Below, piece by piece: positions 59,565 to 64,000 of a stretch of DNA of 64,000 nucleotides (the first letter of the stretch is position 1; the number at the start of each line of letters is the position of its first letter). Where the stretch lies: NCBI GenBank assembly GCA_044229975.1, contig JBGARZ010000027.1, forward strand, positions 34,499 to 98,498, in the 5' to 3' direction. A program made the translations under genes and the position numbers. Source of the DNA: Polyangiales bacterium (lineage in GTDB: Bacteria > Myxococcota_A > Polyangia > Polyangiales > Ga0077539). The notes under the pieces are model-generated. The model searched no databases. It had not been told where the DNA came from and saw only the letters and a list, made by a program, of their open reading frames with translations.

Positions 59565-62146
59565 ACCCGGTCGCCTCCTCGGCGGGTGCGACGCTCCACC
59601 GACGACCCGAGGCGCGCTCCGACGACGCGTGGTGGTCCCGATCGCGCGAGGAGCAGCTCGCCCGACTCGCCTCGACGCCGGAGGGCCTCACGCAGTCCGA
59701 GGCCGAGCGGCGCCTTCGGGAGTACGGCCCCAACACCCTGAAGCCTCCGGGCCGCGGTCCGACGGTGGAGGCCATCCTCTCGCAGGCCCGCAACCCCCTC
59801 GCGTGGTTGCTGCTCTTCGCGGCGGCGGTGTCCGGCGCGGTCGGCGAGTGGCGCGACGCCCTCGTGGTCGTCGCGATCCTGCTGCTCGGGAGCGTGCTGG
59901 GCGCCGTGCAGGAGCGCCGGGCGAGCCGCGCGGTCGACGCCCTCCGCGCCAGGATCTCCGCGCGGACCCGCGTCCTCCGCGACGGCGCCGAGCGGTCGAT
60001 TCCTTCGACGGAGGTCGTCCCCGGCGACGTCGTGCTGCTGTCCGCGGGCGGCCTCGTCCCGGCCGACGCGATGCTGCTGGAGGCCCGCGACGTGTTCGCG
60101 TCGCAGGCGGTGCTCACGGGCGAGACGCTGCCCGCCGAGAAGCAGGTCGGCGTCGTCGACGCGGGCGCCCCGCTCGCCGCCCGCACCAACGTGCTCTTCC
60201 AGGGGACCAATCTCCGCAGCGGCATCGCCCGCGCGCTGGTCGTCCGCACGGGGCGCGCGTCGGAGTTCGGCGCGCTGGCGGGTCGTCTGGTGCTGCGTCC
60301 GCCGGAGACGGACTTCGACCGGGGCATCCGGCGCTTCGGCTACCTGCTGACGCGCGTGATGGTGGCGCTCGTCGTGGTCGTCTTCGCGGCGGGGCTGCTG
60401 CGCCACAAGCCCGCGGCCGCTTCGCTGCTCTTCGCCATCGCGCTGGCGGTGGGCCTGGCGCCCGAGATGCTGCCCGCGATCCTCGGCGTGATGCTGTCGC
60501 ACGCGGCGCGGGCGATGGCCGAGCGGGGCGTGGTCGTGCGCCGCCTGAGCGCCATCGAAAACCTCGGCAGCATGGACGTCCTGTGCACCGACAAGACCGG
60601 GACGCTCACCGAGGGGACCGTGCGCCTGGAGCGCGCCGTCGACGCCGAAGGTCGCGACGCGTCGGCCGTGCTCGCCCTCGCCTTCTGGAACGCCTCATTG
60701 GAGACCGGCCTCAGCAACCCGCTCGACGACGCGATCCGCGAGCGCGGGGCGGCGGCACGTCTCGGTCCCCTCCCGGCGAAGCTCGACGAGGTGCCCTACG
60801 ACTTCCAGCGCAAGCGGATGAGCGTGGTGGTGCGCGCCGGGGACGGGGCCCCCGTCATGGTCACCAAGGGCGCGGTCGAGCGGGTGCTCGCCGTCTGCGA
60901 CCGGGTGCGCGAGGGCGCCGTTGAGGCGGTTCTGGACGACGCCGCGCGCGCCCGACTGCGCGCCCGCAGCGACGGGTGGAGCGCCGACGGGGTGCGCGTG
61001 CTCGGGGTGGCCACCGTGGCCGTGGGCGAGGGCAAGGCCGTCGCCGCGGCCGACGAGCGGTCGATGGTGTTCGAGGGGTTCCTGCTGTTCAGCGACCCGC
61101 CCAAGGCGGGCGTCGGCGAGGTGGTGCGCGACCTCGCGCGTCTCGGCGTGTCCCTCAAGGTCGTGACGGGCGACCGCCGGGACGTCGCGCTGCACCTGGC
61201 GTCGACGATCGGGCTCGCCGTGGAGGGGTCGCTCGACGGGCGCGAGATCGCGGCGATGAGCGACGAGGCGCTCTGGCACGCGGCCGAGCGCACCACGCTC
61301 TTCGCGGAGGTCGACCCCAACCAGAAGGAGCGGATCATCCTCGCGCTCCGCAAGATGAGCCACGTGGTCGGGTACATGGGCGACGGCATCAACGACGCCC
61401 CCGCGCTGCACGCCGCCGACGTCGGCATCTCGGTGGACACCGCGGTGGACGTCGCGCGTGAGGCCGCGGACTTCGTGCTGCTGCGCCAGGACCTCGGGAC
61501 GCTGAGGGCGGGCATCGAGGAGGGCCGGGCGACCTTCGCCAACACGATGAAGTACCTGCTCACCACCGAGAGCGCGAACCTCGGCAACATGCTCAGCATG
61601 GCGGGCGCGTCGATCGTGCTGCCGTTCCTGCCGCTGCTGGCGTCGCAGGTGCTGCTCAACAACTTCCTCTCCGACGTGCCGGCGATGGCGCTCTCGCGCG
61701 ACCGCGTCGACCCCGAGCTCGTCGCCCGCCCGCAGCGCTGGGACCTCGCCTTCATCCGCCGCTTCATGGTGCTCTTCGGCCTCGTGAGCAGCGCCTTCGA
61801 CGCCCTCACCTTCGCCCTGCTGTTCGGCGCGCTCCACGCCACGCCCGCGGCGTTCCGCACGGGCTGGTTCGTCGAGTCGCTGGCGACCGAGCTCCTGGTC
61901 GCGCTGGTGGTGCGCACGCGCCGTCCGTTCTGGCGCAGCCCGCCGGGGCGCCTGCTGCTCGGGTCCACCGTCGCAGTGGGCGTCGTCGGCGTCGCGCTCC
62001 CGTACTCGCCGCTCGGGCCGACCTTCGAGCTCGTGCGCCTGCCCCTCGCGACCATCGCGATGCTGTTCGGCGTCGCGGTCGCCTACGCGTTCACGGTCGA
62101 GGCGCTGAAGCAGCGCTTCTTCGCGCGCCTCGCCGCCGGGCGCTGA
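59561..62146 (+). CDS. mgtA: Mg2+-transporting P-type ATPase
   Basis: TGE, PEMLP, DKTGTLT, KGA, GDGIND, SANLGNM.S. Confidence 0.9.
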   Translation: MNPVASSAGATLHRRPEARSDDAWWSRSREEQLARLASTPEGLTQSEAERRLREYGPNTLKPPGRGPTVEAILSQARNPLAWLLLFAAAVSGAVGEWRDALVVVAILLLGSVLGAVQERRASRAVDALRARISARTRVLRDGAERSIPSTEVVPGDVVLLSAGGLVPADAMLLEARDVFASQAVLTGETLPAEKQVGVVDAGAPLAARTNVLFQGTNLRSGIARALVVRTGRASEFGALAGRLVLRPPETDFDRGIRRFGYLLTRVMVALVVVVFAAGLLRHKPAAASLLFAIALAVGLAPEMLPAILGVMLSHAARAMAERGVVVRRLSAIENLGSMDVLCTDKTGTLTEGTVRLERAVDAEGRDASAVLALAFWNASLETGLSNPLDDAIRERGAAARLGPLPAKLDEVPYDFQRKRMSVVVRAGDGAPVMVTKGAVERVLAVCDRVREGAVEAVLDDAARARLRARSDGWSADGVRVLGVATVAVGEGKAVAAADERSMVFEGFLLFSDPPKAGVGEVVRDLARLGVSLKVVTGDRRDVALHLASTIGLAVEGSLDGREIAAMSDEALWHAAERTTLFAEVDPNQKERIILALRKMSHVVGYMGDGINDAPALHAADVGISVDTAVDVAREAADFVLLRQDLGTLRAGIEEGRATFANTMKYLLTTESANLGNMLSMAGASIVLPFLPLLASQVLLNNFLSDVPAMALSRDRVDPELVARPQRWDLAFIRRFMVLFGLVSSAFDALTFALLFGALHATPAAFRTGWFVESLATELLVALVVRTRRPFWRSPPGRLLLGSTVAVGVVGVALPYSPLGPTFELVRLPLATIAMLFGVAVAYAFTVEALKQRFFARLAAGR

Positions 62147-62150
62147 CCCG

Positions 62151-62402
62151 TCAGCAGGGCCGGGGGGAGGGCGGGCGAGGGCGCAGGTCGCGCCAACAGA
62201 GGCGGTACCAGAGCGCGTCGACGGGGTCGAAGGACAGGCCGCGGTCGTGCGGACAGCGCGCGCAGGTCTCGGCCCCGAGCGCGTCGCCGCTCCGGGGGCA
62301 GGTGGTCAACACGGTGAGCGCGCGCCGACCGTCGGCGCCCCGCCCGGCGCGGACGCGCACCGCGGTGAAGTCGATCTCGTCGCCGCGCGCCTGGATGTTC
62401 AT
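62151..62402 (-). CDS. Small Cys-containing hypothetical protein
   Basis: 83 aa; CP...CARCPH...C pattern; divergent from the kinase. Confidence 0.5.
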   Translation of the reverse strand: MNIQARGDEIDFTAVRVRAGRGADGRRALTVLTTCPRSGDALGAETCARCPHDRGLSFDPVDALWYRLCWRDLRPRPPSPRPC

Positions 62403-62488
62403 GGGAGGTCTTCGCCGTGCAGGGGGCGCGCCCGGGGCGCGGTCGCTCCTCCCGACGTCCGCTCGGGCTCCGATCGTGTGGAGCGTCG

Positions 62489-62581
62489 CGCAGCGACTGC
62501 ACGGCGCAGCGCACGATCTGCGCCCCCAAATCCCCCAGCGGCGAGTGCTCCACCCCATCGCGCGGTGGCACGTCCGCTGCT
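62489..62581 (+). promoter_or_regulatory. Tandem motif B plus sigma54 promoter
   Basis: cgca-gcgac-tgca 62489-62501; cgca-cgatc-tgcg 62510-62522; TGGCACGTCCGCTGCT 62566-62581. Confidence 0.75.
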
Positions 62582-62666
62582 CAAGGCGTGAGTCCGTCCA
62601 CGCCCCCGGTGACCCGCCTCGATCAACCCATTCTTCTCACGCAAACAGGAACGGAGCGCAACGCAC

Positions 62667-63860
62667 ATGGATGACGCCGGGCGGCTGGAGATCGGGACGT
62701 TGGTGGCCTCGCGCTACCGGGTGGAGGCCGTCCTCGGCCGCGGGGGCATGGGCTCCGTGTACCGCGCGCGGGACGAGCACACCGGCGCCACCGTCGCGCT
62801 GAAGACGCTGCGGGTGGACCTCCACGACCGCGAGGAGGTCGTGTGTCGCTTCGAGCGGGAGGCCCGCGCCGCGGCGCGCATCGGCCACGAGGGCATCGCC
62901 GCGGTGCACGCGATCGGCCACGACGAGCGGCTGCGCACGCACTTCATCGCGCAGGAGTGCCTCCGCGGGGCCGACGTCGCCGCCTGCCTCAACGAGCTGG
63001 GGAGCCTCTCCTCGCTCTCCGCGGTGGCGATCGCGCTGCCCGTCATGGAGGCGCTGATCGCGGCGCACGCGCTGGGGATCGTCCACCGCGACATCAAGCC
63101 CGAAAACGTCTTCCTGCACGAGCGCGAGGACGGCCGGGTCGTGCCGAAGGTGATCGACTTCGGCATCGCCAAGGTCGTCGGCGATCGGGGGCGCACGGCG
63201 ACGGGCGCCGTCTTCGGGACGCCCTGGTACATGTCCCCCGAGCAGGCCGAGGGCTCGTCTTCCGTCGACGCGCGCACCGACGTCTGGAGCGTCGGGGTCA
63301 TGCTCTACGAGATGCTCTGCGGCACGCTCCCCTTCGGCGCGAGCGACCCCAACGCCGTCATGGCGCAGATCATCTACGGGCGGCCGACGCCGCTGGAGGA
63401 CCACCTGCCGGGCATCCCGGGCGACCTCCGCGCCGTCGTCCATGGAGCGCTGGAGCGCGACCTCGGTCGACGCTACGCCAGCATGACGGAGTTCCGCGAC
63501 GCGCTGGCGGCCTGCGACCTGTGGCGCGGCATGACCCCGGAGCTGGCGCAGCAGGTCCTCCCCCACCCGAGCTCCTTCGAGGGCGTCGAGGACATCCTCC
63601 CGGCGGAGTTTCGCGCCGAGCCCCCGCGCCAGAGCCCGCCCGACGAGGAGAGCATTCCGACGCGGCAGATGCCGCTGAAGCCGCGCCACCCGCGGCCCGT
63701 CGCGCCGCGTCGCGAAACCCCGCGGGGCGTGGTGGGCGTGAGCGTCGCGCTGACCCTCCTCTGCGCCGCCGTCCTCGCGTTCGGCCTCGTGCGTTGGTCA
63801 CAGCAGGCGTCGGCGACGGGCTCGCCCGCCGAGCCGGGGCTCCACCTCGCCCGCCAATAA
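62667..63860 (+). CDS. Ser/Thr protein kinase with C-terminal TM helix
   Basis: GRGGMG, VALK, HRDIKPEN, DFG, GTPWYMSPE. Confidence 0.95.
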   Translation: MDDAGRLEIGTLVASRYRVEAVLGRGGMGSVYRARDEHTGATVALKTLRVDLHDREEVVCRFEREARAAARIGHEGIAAVHAIGHDERLRTHFIAQECLRGADVAACLNELGSLSSLSAVAIALPVMEALIAAHALGIVHRDIKPENVFLHEREDGRVVPKVIDFGIAKVVGDRGRTATGAVFGTPWYMSPEQAEGSSSVDARTDVWSVGVMLYEMLCGTLPFGASDPNAVMAQIIYGRPTPLEDHLPGIPGDLRAVVHGALERDLGRRYASMTEFRDALAACDLWRGMTPELAQQVLPHPSSFEGVEDILPAEFRAEPPRQSPPDEESIPTRQMPLKPRHPRPVAPRRETPRGVVGVSVALTLLCAAVLAFGLVRWSQQASATGSPAEPGLHLARQ

Positions 63861-64000
63861 GGGCTCTCCAGGGAATGGGATGGGCTGATCGTGCGTCCAG
63901 GCCGAGTCGACCTGCGAGCGCGCCCGGAGCGAGCGACCAAGCCGTAGCGTTGCTACGGCGCGGGAGTCGAGTGAGGACGTACGCCGCAGGGCGGCCGAAC

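Overview
High-GC window, most likely from a myxobacterium (Polyangiales-like; inferred from MYXO-CTERM tails, Cys-rich repeat lipoproteins, Ser/Thr kinases and an FHA-sigma54 activator). It has two halves. The left half (1-40 kb) holds Ser/Thr kinases, Cys-rich repeat and MYXO-CTERM surface proteins, a multi-GAF/HTH protein, an FHA-domain sigma54 activator, a decayed IS1634-type element with intact ends and several deletion-damaged pseudogenes. The right half (40-64 kb) is a stress/hypoxia-type island: two Acg-type nitroreductases, ABC exporter, OsmC, sqr-tusE-dsrE2, AI-2E, BON, CoA-transferase, LonC-like protease, USP, hemerythrin, beta-CASP nuclease and MgtA. The most striking unannotated signal is regulatory. 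More than a dozen intergenic sigma54-type -24/-12 boxes fall into two groups, each with its own palindromic upstream motif: motif A (TGTGCG-N5-CGYACA) in the left half and tandem motif B (YGCA-N5-TGCR) in the right half. Also notable is a lipoprotein with two non-canonical cytochrome c-like domains separated by 12 Cys-rich repeats. No rRNA, tRNA or CRISPR array was seen. All calls were made by eye; no searches were run.
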